Shown here piece after piece: positions 1 to 9,022 of a stretch of 64,000 nucleotides of DNA. Position 1 is the first letter of the stretch, and every line of letters starts with the position of its first letter. Source of the DNA: Alphaproteobacteria bacterium (lineage in GTDB: Bacteria; Pseudomonadota; Alphaproteobacteria; Sphingomonadales; JAKSBY01); the NCBI GenBank assembly GCA_021774625.1, contig JAJFIV010000008.1:295045-359044 (forward strand). The letters are read 5' to 3'. The translations under genes and the position numbers were made by a program. The notes under the pieces are model-generated. The model was not told the origin of the DNA. It did not search any database and worked only from the letters and a program-made list of their open reading frames with translations.

Positions 1-66
1 TTACGTTACTCCTTTCTGAGTTTATGAGCATTTTGCTCTTGGGCATTCTTGCCCGACACCCATAAA

Positions 67-82
67 AGCAATGGCTGTGCCA
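67..82 (-). promoter_or_regulatory. sigma54 (-24/-12) promoter of a gene starting just left of the window (probably flagellin)
   Basis: Minus strand TGGCAC-AGCCA-TTGCT is an exact TGGCAC-N5-TTGCW match; SD AAAGGAG at about 9-15 on the minus strand. Confidence 0.85.
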
Positions 83-110
83 GAAAAATAACTAACGCGA
101 ATAAATATCA

Positions 111-123
111 TAAGCCCTTGAAA
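111..123 (-). promoter_or_regulatory. Putative IHF site
   Basis: Minus strand TTTCAAGGGCTTA resembles WATCAA-N4-TTR, in an AT-rich tract between enhancer and sigma54 promoter. Confidence 0.5.
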
Positions 124-173
124 TTAAAGAGTTTAACATATCATTTACCTTACTTAAGTAAGTGTGTACAGTG

Positions 174-228
174 GGCAGAAATTGCCGCATCCGGCAAAAA
201 TTGCCGGGACAGGCGGCAAAAATTGCCG
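174..228. promoter_or_regulatory. Three tandem ftr-like (FlbD enhancer) inverted repeats
   Basis: GGCAGAAATTGCC (174-186), CCGGCAAAAATTGCCGG (191-207), CGGCAAAAATTGCCG (214-228), about 100-150 bp upstream of the sigma54 promoter. Confidence 0.75.
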
Positions 229-286
229 GTTAACGTTTTTGACATTTTTCCGCGTCAAGGTAGGCCCGGTACCCCATTACGAGCGA

Positions 287-958
287 ATGAATATGACTAT
301 CCCGCTGCCCGACCGGGCCCACGCATTTGACTTTGAAAACAGTTTTTACCAGAGCTGCGACAAGGGCCGGTTCAACCGGATTATTGCCCATTACGAGCTT
401 TACAAGAGAGTTACCGGGCTTGCGGGGGCCATTGTCGAGTGCGGCATATTCAAGGGGGTTTCCTTTATCCGTTTTGCCATCTACCGCCATCTTCTGGAAC
501 CCGAAGCCGAACGCAAGCTGATTGGCTTTGATACATTCGGCTCGTTTCCGGAGACCGGATTCCAGGCGGATCAGGAAGAACGCCGCAAATTTATTGAAGA
601 GGCAGGGAATCAGAGCCTTACGAGAGGACAGCTCGTCCAAATTCTCCAGGACAAGGGGCTGGAAAAAGAGATTGAACTGGTCGAAGGGAATATCTGCAAA
701 ACCATTCCGGATTACGCTACGGCAAACCCGGAGCTGAAAATCGCCCTCCTGAATATTGATGTGGATCTGTATGAGCCGACCGTTACCATCCTCGACTGCT
801 TTTATGATCGTGTGGTGTCCGGCGGCGTGATTATTCTGGATGACTATACCGTATTCCCCGGCGAAACCAAAGCCATCGACGACTTCATCGCCGGAAAAGG
901 GCTAAAAATCGAACAGTTTCCCTTCTCAAAAGTGCCCGCTTTTATCATTAAGCCGTGA
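287..958 (+). CDS. TylF/MycF-family O-methyltransferase
   Basis: GAIVECGIFKG, GFDTFGSFP, IALLNIDVDLYEPT and GGVIILDDY motifs; start set at MNMTIPL. Confidence 0.85.
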   Translation: MNMTIPLPDRAHAFDFENSFYQSCDKGRFNRIIAHYELYKRVTGLAGAIVECGIFKGVSFIRFAIYRHLLEPEAERKLIGFDTFGSFPETGFQADQEERRKFIEEAGNQSLTRGQLVQILQDKGLEKEIELVEGNICKTIPDYATANPELKIALLNIDVDLYEPTVTILDCFYDRVVSGGVIILDDYTVFPGETKAIDDFIAGKGLKIEQFPFSKVPAFIIKP

Positions 959-1061
959 CTGGGGCCTCGGCCTCCACCGGTATCAACTGATCATTACGGG
1001 TACTCTGACCCGTTCATCCTGGGACGAACACTCAGCATGAAAATACAGAAGGGTCAGGACG

Positions 1062-1946
1062 CTAAAAATTTTCACCGAAAGCGCTGCGCAGCGCATCTTC
1101 CAGCACATCCAGCAGTTCGCGCGCTTCCTCGGGGGTCATTTTGCGGGCGTAGAATGACATGACATTACCGTAAAATGCCGGGGATATCCCCGAAGTATCC
1201 TGCAGGCGATCAAAATTATCGCGTGTAAAATAATTTGTGTCAAAGAACGGATATTCCGTTCTTGTCACCTTAAAACCTGTATCGCGCAAGAGCCGGCGCA
1301 GGGACTCCGGCGACAGACAGGTGACATGGGTGGGATCATCCAGAAAACGATAATTCTCGCCGAAACGGCGGGCGCAGCCGCTGTCAAAATTAGGGACAAT
1401 GATCACCAGGCTGCCCGCTGGCTTTATCACACGCCGGACTTCCCGTAAAACCGGCAGGGGATCGGCGATATGTTCCAGAACATGGTTGAAAAGAACAACG
1501 TCGAAATAATCGTCGGGATAACCGGCCGCATCCAGATATCCGCAATGAATTTTTCCCCATTGGGCGGCGTGTTGTGACGCAAATTTTGAGGGTTCCACGC
1601 CATGGCGCTCCCAGGCGTCGGAAATGCCGGAAAGCGCCTCGCCAAGGCCGCATCCCACATCAAGCAAACGGCCGGCCGGCAAGGCGTTGATATAGGCCAG
1701 CTCACTTTTGATATCAGCGAGTTTATGTTCCCGCTCCTCAAGCAGGTGGCGCAGCTTGCCGTCCGGGTCAACGGCTGTCGGCGTAAAATAATCCTCCTCG
1801 AAGGAAATGCGACCCTGCGGGGCGCGGCGCAAAAAATACTCGCCGGGTTTCAACTGATCGAACGGGCTGTTCTTCTCACACGGCGGCCGCCATTGCGGGA
1901 TAGCCGATACGACATTCCCATGTGTTTTTTTTGCGGCTGTCGGCAT
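1062..1946 (-). CDS. Class I SAM-dependent methyltransferase
   Basis: LLDVGCGLG motif I, HGVEPS, FDVVLFNHVLEH; starts 3 bp after the flaF stop. Confidence 0.85.
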   Translation of the reverse strand: MPTAAKKTHGNVVSAIPQWRPPCEKNSPFDQLKPGEYFLRRAPQGRISFEEDYFTPTAVDPDGKLRHLLEEREHKLADIKSELAYINALPAGRLLDVGCGLGEALSGISDAWERHGVEPSKFASQHAAQWGKIHCGYLDAAGYPDDYFDVVLFNHVLEHIADPLPVLREVRRVIKPAGSLVIIVPNFDSGCARRFGENYRFLDDPTHVTCLSPESLRRLLRDTGFKVTRTEYPFFDTNYFTRDNFDRLQDTSGISPAFYGNVMSFYARKMTPEEARELLDVLEDALRSAFGENF

Positions 1947-1949
1947 GAC

Positions 1950-2372
1950 CTATCCCACCGTCAAGCCACCGGCCGGAACATTCGTCGGACTGTTCGATTC
2001 CTGTGCGCTTGTCGCCTTGTTTTTTGCCTGCAAAGCCAGACCTTCCATAATCGACCGGTTGATATCGATCAGTGGGCCGACCGTTTCCTTGCGCCGGGCC
2101 ACCAGGCTGGTATGTTTCGAGACCCAGATACTGAGGGAAATAATCGCGGCGCGGGTTTCCTTCGGAAGCTGGTTTCCAGGCGCCGCACAATCGGTTGACA
2201 ATGTCGACCACATGCGGCGATTCCAGTCCAGCGCATTCATCAATTCCGTACCGGTGGCGCCGGTTTCCTGCGCATCCATCAGCGCACGGGTGACCTGAGC
2301 AAACAAACGATACTCGGTTTCACTTGAATTCTCTGCCGAAGCTTGAGCCTTCGTATAGGCGTTAAGCGACAT
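1950..2372 (-). CDS. flaF: Flagellar biosynthesis regulator FlaF
   Basis: MSLNAY...ETEYRLF...[28 protein letters not shown]...[12 protein letters not shown]; overlaps the flbT end. Confidence 0.93.
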   Translation of the reverse strand: MSLNAYTKAQASAENSSETEYRLFAQVTRALMDAQETGATGTELMNALDWNRRMWSTLSTDCAAPGNQLPKETRAAIISLSIWVSKHTSLVARRKETVGPLIDINRSIMEGLALQAKNKATSAQESNSPTNVPAGGLTVG

Positions 2373-2757
2373 ATGCGAGGCGGTCCTCCTCAAACTTGAA
2401 CAGCAGCTTGCAGGCCATCAGGGCCCGGTAATAGTGGCCGTTCATCACATCAGCGCTGATCGCAAGGCATTTCTGCAAAGCCTCCGGATCCTCTACGGCT
2501 TCCATGAATTCGGTCATACGTGTGGTGAATTCATCATAATAAGTGCCGGCATTGTCCGGATCGATGTATGACAGCATGATTGGAAAATAAATCCGCTTTG
2601 CCGGTGATGTGACATCCTTTTCCTGTATGATGTCCTTTTCTCGCAGAATCGAGACTTTATTCTGGATCACCAGACTGGCGCGACGTTCGCCATTGGCGAT
2701 GACTGCACCATTTACGACAAACTTTTCATTGGGTTTCAGAGAAATCTTGAGTGCCAT
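2362..2757 (-). CDS. flbT: Flagellar biosynthesis repressor FlbT
   Basis: [20 protein letters not shown]...ILREKDI...TSPAKRIYF...YYRAL; adjacent to flaF. Confidence 0.93.
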   Translation of the reverse strand: MALKISLKPNEKFVVNGAVIANGERRASLVIQNKVSILREKDIIQEKDVTSPAKRIYFPIMLSYIDPDNAGTYYDEFTTRMTEFMEAVEDPEALQKCLAISADVMNGHYYRALMACKLLFKFEEDRLAYVA

Positions 2758-3077
2758 CTTCTATCCTTTAACTCCCGGTCAGGAGTTGATTAATTTAACG
2801 CGCAGTTCTTTCCATCCTGTTAATAAACCGGCCGCACCAGCGGATTGACCCGCGCTACCGGCCTATGGTCCACAAATAAAGTTAACAAATACTTCAGAAT
2901 ACTCTCGTATAAGTACTACTTTTGTAAGATTTTCTAGAATAAAGGGTAAATTTTTATCTCCGCTCTAAGCAGCATCAATACAACGGAACGAGGGTTTTGA
3001 TACTTCAAAGCACAGACTTAAAAAAGAAGGTCAGAGTTGAGAGGGAAAAGGCCGCGGGTGGAAAAATCCGGCCTGTC

Positions 3078-3091
3078 TTGATCCGTATCAA
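3078..3091. promoter_or_regulatory. FNR/FixK box
   Basis: TTGAT-CCGT-ATCAA is an exact TTGAT-N4-ATCAA match, about 105 bp upstream of the porin start. Confidence 0.75.
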
Positions 3092-3196
3092 TCACAGGGT
3101 TTTCTTAAATTTCAATTATAAGCGGCAGACTGGCCAAACCAGGGCTCCGTCATATTGGGAACCGTGCCGGGCATCTCTGCTGGAAGGAAATGTTAT

Positions 3197-4426
3197 ATGT
3201 TAATAAATAAAAAACTGGCTTTTACCTTGGCGGCCCTTGCCGGTTGGGGCATCTGCAAAACCTCCGCGCTCTCTGCTGATGAGGAAACAATCATCTCTGT
3301 TTTCGAGGATGCCAGGCTCCTTTTTGACAGCAGATTGCGTTATGAATTTGCTGACATGGAGGGGTTTGAGCGGAACGCGAACGCACTGACTTTTCGCAGC
3401 CGTTTTGGCTTTCAAACAGGGGATTACCATGGCTTTCAGGGCCTGGTCGAAGGCGATTTTACGCGCGACCTGGGTGTCAACAATTTCAATAGCACCACAA
3501 ATGGCCTTGTGCAGTTTCCCGTGATCGCCGACCCAAACTCGGAACGCCTCAATCGCCTGCAATTGAGCTATAATGGCATAACCGGCACCAATCTCACTGT
3601 GGGCCGGCAGCGGATCAAGCTTGATAATGACCGCTTTATCGGCAATGTCGGTTTTCGCCAGAACGAGCAGACATTCGACTCTGTCAGGTTAACCAATAGC
3701 GCCATTTCCAATCTGACCCTGGATTACAGCTATTTATGGCAGGTTAACCGTATTTTCGGCAGTAATTCGGTGAATGATCAGGCAGATGCAGACACCCATT
3801 TGATCAACGGGAGTTATGAGTTACCTTTCGGTAAAATTGTAGGCTATGCTTATTTGATCGATTTGGATGACTTGCCCCTGGCGTCCAACCAGACCTATGG
3901 CGGCCGATTGATTGCCAATCACAAAATTGATGAGGCGTGGACGCTCTTCCTGACAGCTGAGTACGCCAACCAACAGGATCTGGCCAACAATCCGGATGAA
4001 TTCAACCTGGATTATTTTTTGATAGAGCCCGGCGTTAAATGGAAACAGTTGACGGTCAAGGGGGCCTTTGAATCGCTGGAGGGAAATGGCCAAAGAGGTT
4101 TCGCGACGCCGCTCGCGACCTTGCACAAGTTTCAGGGTTTTGCGGACGTTTTTTTGAATACGCCGGCAAGCGGTATCGAAGATTTACAGTTTAATGTTGA
4201 TTATCGCCTTCAGGATGTCGCGGGCATTGGCCCGGTAAGGCTGGCTGCGTGGTACCATGATTTCAACAGTGAGACCGGCTCGCAAGGTCTGGGGCGCGAG
4301 TTTGATTTTGGCGTTTTTGTAACGCCCTGGAAAAATGTGACTTTCTCGGTGGAATACGCAAATTTCAATAGCAGCGCCCGTGCTGATTTACGGCGTTTAT
4401 TTCTCACGCTGGAAGTCAAATATTAG
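3197..4426 (+). CDS. Alginate-export-family outer-membrane beta-barrel porin
   Basis: Signal peptide; RLRYE, GRQRIKLDNDRFIGNVGFRQNEQTFD and FATPLATLHKFQGFAD motifs; C-terminal aromatic residue (EVKY). Confidence 0.8.
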   Translation: MLINKKLAFTLAALAGWGICKTSALSADEETIISVFEDARLLFDSRLRYEFADMEGFERNANALTFRSRFGFQTGDYHGFQGLVEGDFTRDLGVNNFNSTTNGLVQFPVIADPNSERLNRLQLSYNGITGTNLTVGRQRIKLDNDRFIGNVGFRQNEQTFDSVRLTNSAISNLTLDYSYLWQVNRIFGSNSVNDQADADTHLINGSYELPFGKIVGYAYLIDLDDLPLASNQTYGGRLIANHKIDEAWTLFLTAEYANQQDLANNPDEFNLDYFLIEPGVKWKQLTVKGAFESLEGNGQRGFATPLATLHKFQGFADVFLNTPASGIEDLQFNVDYRLQDVAGIGPVRLAAWYHDFNSETGSQGLGREFDFGVFVTPWKNVTFSVEYANFNSSARADLRRLFLTLEVKY

Positions 4427-4699
4427 AACCCTGATCCGGACTATCCGGCGCCTTACCTCTGGAGGGACGTTGCAACCTGTACATGTGATATGCTGGATTG
4501 GCGGGACAGTCTTTGCACTGAATCGAGTGCTGCGCGGAATTTCCGTTGGCGCGGCCCCCCTTGCTCTTCCACGGATGCCGCGGCGCTGCCTGCTAACAGC
4601 TGACCAGCCTGTCACCCTGATTTGTGAGAAAGTGCCTTGTTATTACCAGGCACTTTCCTTACCTATATGGCTCACTTTTGAGCCCTTATCGAGATTGAT

Positions 4700-5545
4700 A
4701 TGCAATTCAACGGCACCAAAAATTATGTGGCCACGGAGGACCTGCGGATCGCCGTCAATGCCGCCGCGACGCTGCGGCGACCACTTCTCATCAAGGGAGA
4801 ACCCGGCACCGGCAAGACCATGCTGGCCATCGAGGTCGCAAGGGCATTCGACAAAAACCTTATCGAATGGCACATCAAATCCACCACAAAGGCGCAGCAG
4901 GGCCTTTATGAATATGACGCCGTCTCCCGCCTGCGCGATTCCCAGTTGGGCGATGAAAAGGTTCAGGATATCGGCAATTATATCCGCCGCGGCAAATTAT
5001 GGGAGGCCTTTGCGGCGGATGAAGCCCCGGTCCTGCTGATCGATGAAATTGACAAAGCGGATATCGAATTTCCCAATGATCTTTTGCTGGAACTCGACCG
5101 GATGGCATTCCATGTCTATGAGACCGGCGAGACCATTAATGCGGTACACCGGCCTATTGTTATCATAACCTCCAATAATGAAAAGGAATTACCGGACGCT
5201 TTCCTGCGCCGCTGTTTCTTTCATTATATCAAATTTCCTGACCGGGAGACCATGAAGGATATCATCCATGTTCATTTTCCGGATATTCAGAAAAAACTGG
5301 TCGCCGAGGCGCTCAACCTGTTTTACGACATCCGCGATGTGCCGGGCATGAAAAAGAAGCCATCGACGTCTGAATTGCTCGACTGGCTGAAATTGCTGAT
5401 GGCGGAAGACCTGCCGCCGGAAGCGCTGCGGGCAAAAGACAGCCGCAAACTGATCCCTCCGCTCTATGGCGCGCTGATCAAGAATGAGCAGGATGTGCAG
5501 CTGTTCGAGCGCCTCGCCTTTATGCACCAGCGCGAGCGCAGCTGA
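4700..5545 (+). CDS. MoxR/CoxD-like AAA+ ATPase
   Basis: Walker A GEPGTGKT, Walker B LLIDEIDKAD, ELPDAFLRRC. Confidence 0.9.
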   Translation: MQFNGTKNYVATEDLRIAVNAAATLRRPLLIKGEPGTGKTMLAIEVARAFDKNLIEWHIKSTTKAQQGLYEYDAVSRLRDSQLGDEKVQDIGNYIRRGKLWEAFAADEAPVLLIDEIDKADIEFPNDLLLELDRMAFHVYETGETINAVHRPIVIITSNNEKELPDAFLRRCFFHYIKFPDRETMKDIIHVHFPDIQKKLVAEALNLFYDIRDVPGMKKKPSTSELLDWLKLLMAEDLPPEALRAKDSRKLIPPLYGALIKNEQDVQLFERLAFMHQRERS

Positions 5546-5618
5546 ATTTTCCTGATCTCCCGGTTTCATGAGAAGCCGGCCCTCACCACCGCAAGCATTA
5601 AGCTGTAGAGTCAGGACC

Positions 5619-5648
5619 TAGTCAGTTATTCTGTAGTCAGTTATTCTG
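5619..5648. repeat. 15-bp perfect tandem duplication
   Basis: TAGTCAGTTATTCTG twice (5619-5633, 5634-5648). Confidence 0.9.
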
Positions 5649-5993
5649 ATTGGTCGGACGGTCCGTGCGCCGGCGGCCGGGATTTTTCGCCTCGTCTTCT
5701 TCTGTTCCGGCATCCGGCCCCCGGCGGTCGCGGCGGTATTTGTCCGCATCCATCAGGGTCAGAGAGGAAATGATCTTGCTGTCGGGAAACGAGCCTTCGC
5801 GGGTGATCACAACATGAGGAATTTTACAGGATCCGGGCGAGCAAACCCGCTCAACCGTCCACACGGATGGACCCATGCCGACCTGGAAAAAGCGGTCGCC
5901 CACATCGACGGTCTGGTCAGGTAACCCGGCGCCCGATGATGAACCCCCAAAAAATCTTTGCCACAGGCTACGCTGCACCCCGTCCTTTGACAT
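5637..5993 (-). CDS. Hypothetical protein with Arg-rich C-terminal tail
   Basis: 118-aa ORF with SD AAGGA; tail YRRDRRGP...GRRRTD. Confidence 0.65.
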   Translation of the reverse strand: MSKDGVQRSLWQRFFGGSSSGAGLPDQTVDVGDRFFQVGMGPSVWTVERVCSPGSCKIPHVVITREGSFPDSKIISSLTLMDADKYRRDRRGPDAGTEEDEAKNPGRRRTDRPTNQNN

Positions 5994-6057
5994 TCTGTCC
6001 CGTCCTTACGCTCGGTATTGTGTCAGAAATCCGCTTTAGAATTGTGATCGTCCGATA

Positions 6058-6072
6058 TTAACATTCGGTTAA
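6058..6072. promoter_or_regulatory. CtrA binding site
   Basis: TTAA-CATTCGG-TTAA (TTAA-N7-TTAA) in the divergent hypothetical/parE intergenic region. Confidence 0.65.
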
Positions 6073-6198
6073 GCCCGGCAACCCGCCACAACCCCTGAGG
6101 GCAATCTATTTTTTTCGAAAATTCCATCAAGATATTGTTGTCGGAAAACATTACCCTACCCTATAGTGCGCATTGACCCCTTTGTCAGGTTAATTATT

Positions 6199-8178
6199 AT
6201 GAATGATCTTTTCGCGTCGCTGCCGGCAACCAAATCCGATTATTCGGCACGGGATATCGAGGTTCTGGAAGGGCTGGAACCAGTCCGCCAACGGCCCGGC
6301 ATGTATATCGGCGGCACCGATGAGCGAGCGCTGCATCACCTTGCCGCCGAAGTGATCGATAATGCCATGGATGAAGCGGTGTCCGGCCACGCCAACCGCA
6401 TCGACGTATCGCTGGAAGAGGACGGCAGCCTTTCCGTACGCGATAATGGCCGCGGCATTCCCGTCGACCGGCACCCGAAATTCAAGGACAAGTCGGCGCT
6501 TGAGGTCATTCTCACCACGTTGCATTCCGGCGGCAAATTTTCCTCCAGGGTTTATACCACTTCGGGCGGGCTGCACGGGGTTGGCGTCTCGGTGGTCAAT
6601 GCGCTGTCCGAATGGCTGGAAGTGGAAGTGGCCCGCGACCGTAATGCCTGGCGCCAGAGCTTTGCCCGCGGCAAGCCGGTCTCGAAACTGACGAATCTGG
6701 GCCCGGTGCAAAACCGCAGGGGCACCACGGTGCGGTTTAAACCCGACCCCGAAATCTTTGATGAAGGCATGGCGTTCAAGCCGGCCCGGCTTTATAAAAT
6801 GGCGCGCTCGAAAGCCTATCTGTTCAAGGGTGTGGAAATCCGCTGGTTCTGCGCGCCGTCTCTGCTGAAGGAAAATGACCCGACGCCTGAGGAAGCGTCG
6901 CTGCACTTTCCCGGCGGGCTGACTGATTTTCTCGCCGACAATCTGGCGGAAAAGGCTTGCGTGACCACCGAACCCTTTGCCGGCCGCGCTGATTTTGGCG
7001 ATACGGAAGGCAGTGTCGAATGGGCCGTTGCCTGGCCGGAATGGGGTGACGGCTTCGTCCATTCCTACTGTAATACCGTGCCCACACCCCAGGGCGGCAC
7101 CCATGAGTCCGGTCTGCGCATGGCGCTTTTGCGCGGCCTGAAAAATTACGGCGAGATGGTCAACAACAAAAAGGCGGCGCAAATCACCGCCGACGATGTG
7201 CTGGGAACCGCCTGTTCCATGCTGTCCGTTTTCATCGCCAATCCGCAATTTCAGGGCCAGACCAAGGATAAGCTGTCCAATGCGGAAGCGGCGCGGCTGG
7301 TCGAAGCCGCGATCCGCGACCGCTTCGATCACTGGCTTTCCGGCGCGCCGGACATGGCGAACGCGCTTCTCGGCTGGACCCTGGACCGGGCGGACGACCG
7401 GCTGCGGCGCAGGCAGGAAAAGGAAATTCAGCGCAAAAGCCTGGTCGGCAAGCGGAAATTGCGCCTTCCCGGCAAGCTGACCGACTGTTCCCAGGGCGAT
7501 GCGGCGGGCACCGAGCTTTTTATCGTTGAAGGCGATTCCGCCGGCGGCTCGGCCAAGCAGGCGCGGGACCGCAAAACCCAGGCCGTGCTGCCTATCCGCG
7601 GCAAGATTCTTAATGTGGCAAGCGCGGTGCTGGCCAAAATCAACGCCAATCAGGAAGTCTCCAACCTTATACAGGCCCTCGGCTGCGGCACCCGGGACAA
7701 ATATGATCCGGCGGCGCTGCGCTACGACAAGATCATCATCATGACCGATGCCGATGTCGACGGCGCCCATATCGCAACCCTGCTGATGACCTTCTTTTTC
7801 AAGGAAATGCCCGGGCTGGTGCGCGGCGGGCATCTTTACCTGGCGCAGCCGCCCCTCTATCGCATTGCGCAGGGCGGCAAAGTGCTCTATGCGCGGGACG
7901 ACCCCCATAAGGAGGAACTGATGGCCGCCGAATTTACCGGGCGCGGCAAAATTGAAATCAGCCGGTTCAAAGGGCTTGGCGAAATGCCGTCCGCCCAGTT
8001 GAAGGAAACCACCATGAACCCGAAGCACCGCACCCTGCTGCGGGTCACCCTGCCCGCGGAATATCAGGAGATGCGCGATACCGCCAATCTGGTCGAGGAG
8101 CTGATGGGCAAAAAACCGGAACACCGCTTCGAATTCATCCGCAAAAACGCACTGAATGCCGGCGAGGTGGATATTTAG
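6199..8178 (+). CDS. parE: DNA topoisomerase IV subunit B
   Basis: LEGLEPVRQRPGMYIG, EVIDNAMDE, SGGLHGVG, VEGDSAGGSAKQAR, MTDADVDGAHI, RFKGLGEM; about 660 aa, shorter than proteobacterial GyrB. Confidence 0.95.
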   Translation: MNDLFASLPATKSDYSARDIEVLEGLEPVRQRPGMYIGGTDERALHHLAAEVIDNAMDEAVSGHANRIDVSLEEDGSLSVRDNGRGIPVDRHPKFKDKSALEVILTTLHSGGKFSSRVYTTSGGLHGVGVSVVNALSEWLEVEVARDRNAWRQSFARGKPVSKLTNLGPVQNRRGTTVRFKPDPEIFDEGMAFKPARLYKMARSKAYLFKGVEIRWFCAPSLLKENDPTPEEASLHFPGGLTDFLADNLAEKACVTTEPFAGRADFGDTEGSVEWAVAWPEWGDGFVHSYCNTVPTPQGGTHESGLRMALLRGLKNYGEMVNNKKAAQITADDVLGTACSMLSVFIANPQFQGQTKDKLSNAEAARLVEAAIRDRFDHWLSGAPDMANALLGWTLDRADDRLRRRQEKEIQRKSLVGKRKLRLPGKLTDCSQGDAAGTELFIVEGDSAGGSAKQARDRKTQAVLPIRGKILNVASAVLAKINANQEVSNLIQALGCGTRDKYDPAALRYDKIIIMTDADVDGAHIATLLMTFFFKEMPGLVRGGHLYLAQPPLYRIAQGGKVLYARDDPHKEELMAAEFTGRGKIEISRFKGLGEMPSAQLKETTMNPKHRTLLRVTLPAEYQEMRDTANLVEELMGKKPEHRFEFIRKNALNAGEVDI

Positions 8179-8879
8179 AGTGGTTCCGCTAACCAATCTC
8201 TGAGCGCAGCCGTCACTGCATCCGGTTTTTCCATCGGCGCCATGTGGCCGCATTCCTCGATAACTTTCATAACGGAATTGGAAACCAAATTTACCATCTT
8301 CTGGTGTACCAACGGCGGTGTCAGTTGATCCTGGCGGCCGCAAAGGATCAGGGTCGGGCGCTGAATGTTTTTCAGCACATCCGTGGAAAGGCCGCGGCCC
8401 AGATTGGCCTTTTGCTGGCGGATAAAAGCGTGAGCCCCTAAACTGTGCGCCATTGTCCTGATGGCGCTGATCAATGTTTCATCTTTTTGCCGGTCCGGAT
8501 GAACCAGCAGCGGCATCATCTGGCTGATGGCATCCGCATAGCGCCCGTTTTCCGCCAGCCGGATAGACGTAAGGCGCCGCCGGGCGGCGGCTTCGTCGTC
8601 CTGGGAATGTTTGGCGCCGATCAGGGCCAGGCGGGTGATCCGCTCCGGCGCCGTGCGCATCATCTCCATGGCGATATACCCGCCCATGGAAAATCCCGCG
8701 AGCGCGAACCGCTCCGGCGCGGCGGCCAGAATTTGCTCAACAATGCCGGGCATGGTTTCACTTCGCGTATGATCGGCCACCCTGATATCCGCGATATCGG
8801 CAAGACTGCGGACCTGATCCGCCCATAAGGCGGAAGTGCAGGCCAGCCCGGGTATTAAAAGAAGCGGCTGTTTATCCAT
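8175..8879 (-). CDS. Alpha/beta fold hydrolase
   Basis: GFSMGG nucleophile elbow, GRQD, CGHM. Confidence 0.88.
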   Translation of the reverse strand: MDKQPLLLIPGLACTSALWADQVRSLADIADIRVADHTRSETMPGIVEQILAAAPERFALAGFSMGGYIAMEMMRTAPERITRLALIGAKHSQDDEAAARRRLTSIRLAENGRYADAISQMMPLLVHPDRQKDETLISAIRTMAHSLGAHAFIRQQKANLGRGLSTDVLKNIQRPTLILCGRQDQLTPPLVHQKMVNLVSNSVMKVIEECGHMAPMEKPDAVTAALRDWLAEPL

Positions 8880-8929
8880 CTCTCTCCTTTACAAGTTCCG
8901 CCGCGCCAACAACAAGCTGATGAAACGCG

Positions 8930-8957
8930 TTGACAAGAAACAACATATGCCTATGGT
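8930..8957 (+). promoter_or_regulatory. Putative sigma70 promoter of the helicase gene
   Basis: TTGACA-16 bp-TATGGT. Confidence 0.45.
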
Positions 8958-9022
8958 CTCGCCTCATGAAAAGAGTTATAAAGGATCAAAGGGCTAATCC
9001 TTCCTCTAAAGTATAGAAGAGC

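Noticed and set aside
174-228. Short tandem repeats as a possible CRISPR or iteron array
   Set aside because: Only three 13-17 bp dyads with very short spacers; better explained as FlbD ftr sites; no cas or rep gene.
4380-5039. 219-aa ORF bridging the porin and MoxR genes
   Set aside because: Overlaps both genes out of frame and has no recognisable features.
4700-5545. MoxR ATPase lacking an adjacent vWA partner
   Set aside because: The partner may be encoded elsewhere; there is no sign of disruption.
6190-8343. 717-aa antisense ORF over parE, and similar long antisense ORFs over cusA, the M28 peptidase, iscS and the CheBR hybrid
   Set aside because: Shadow ORFs from GC-rich codon bias; no motifs, and they overlap well-supported genes.
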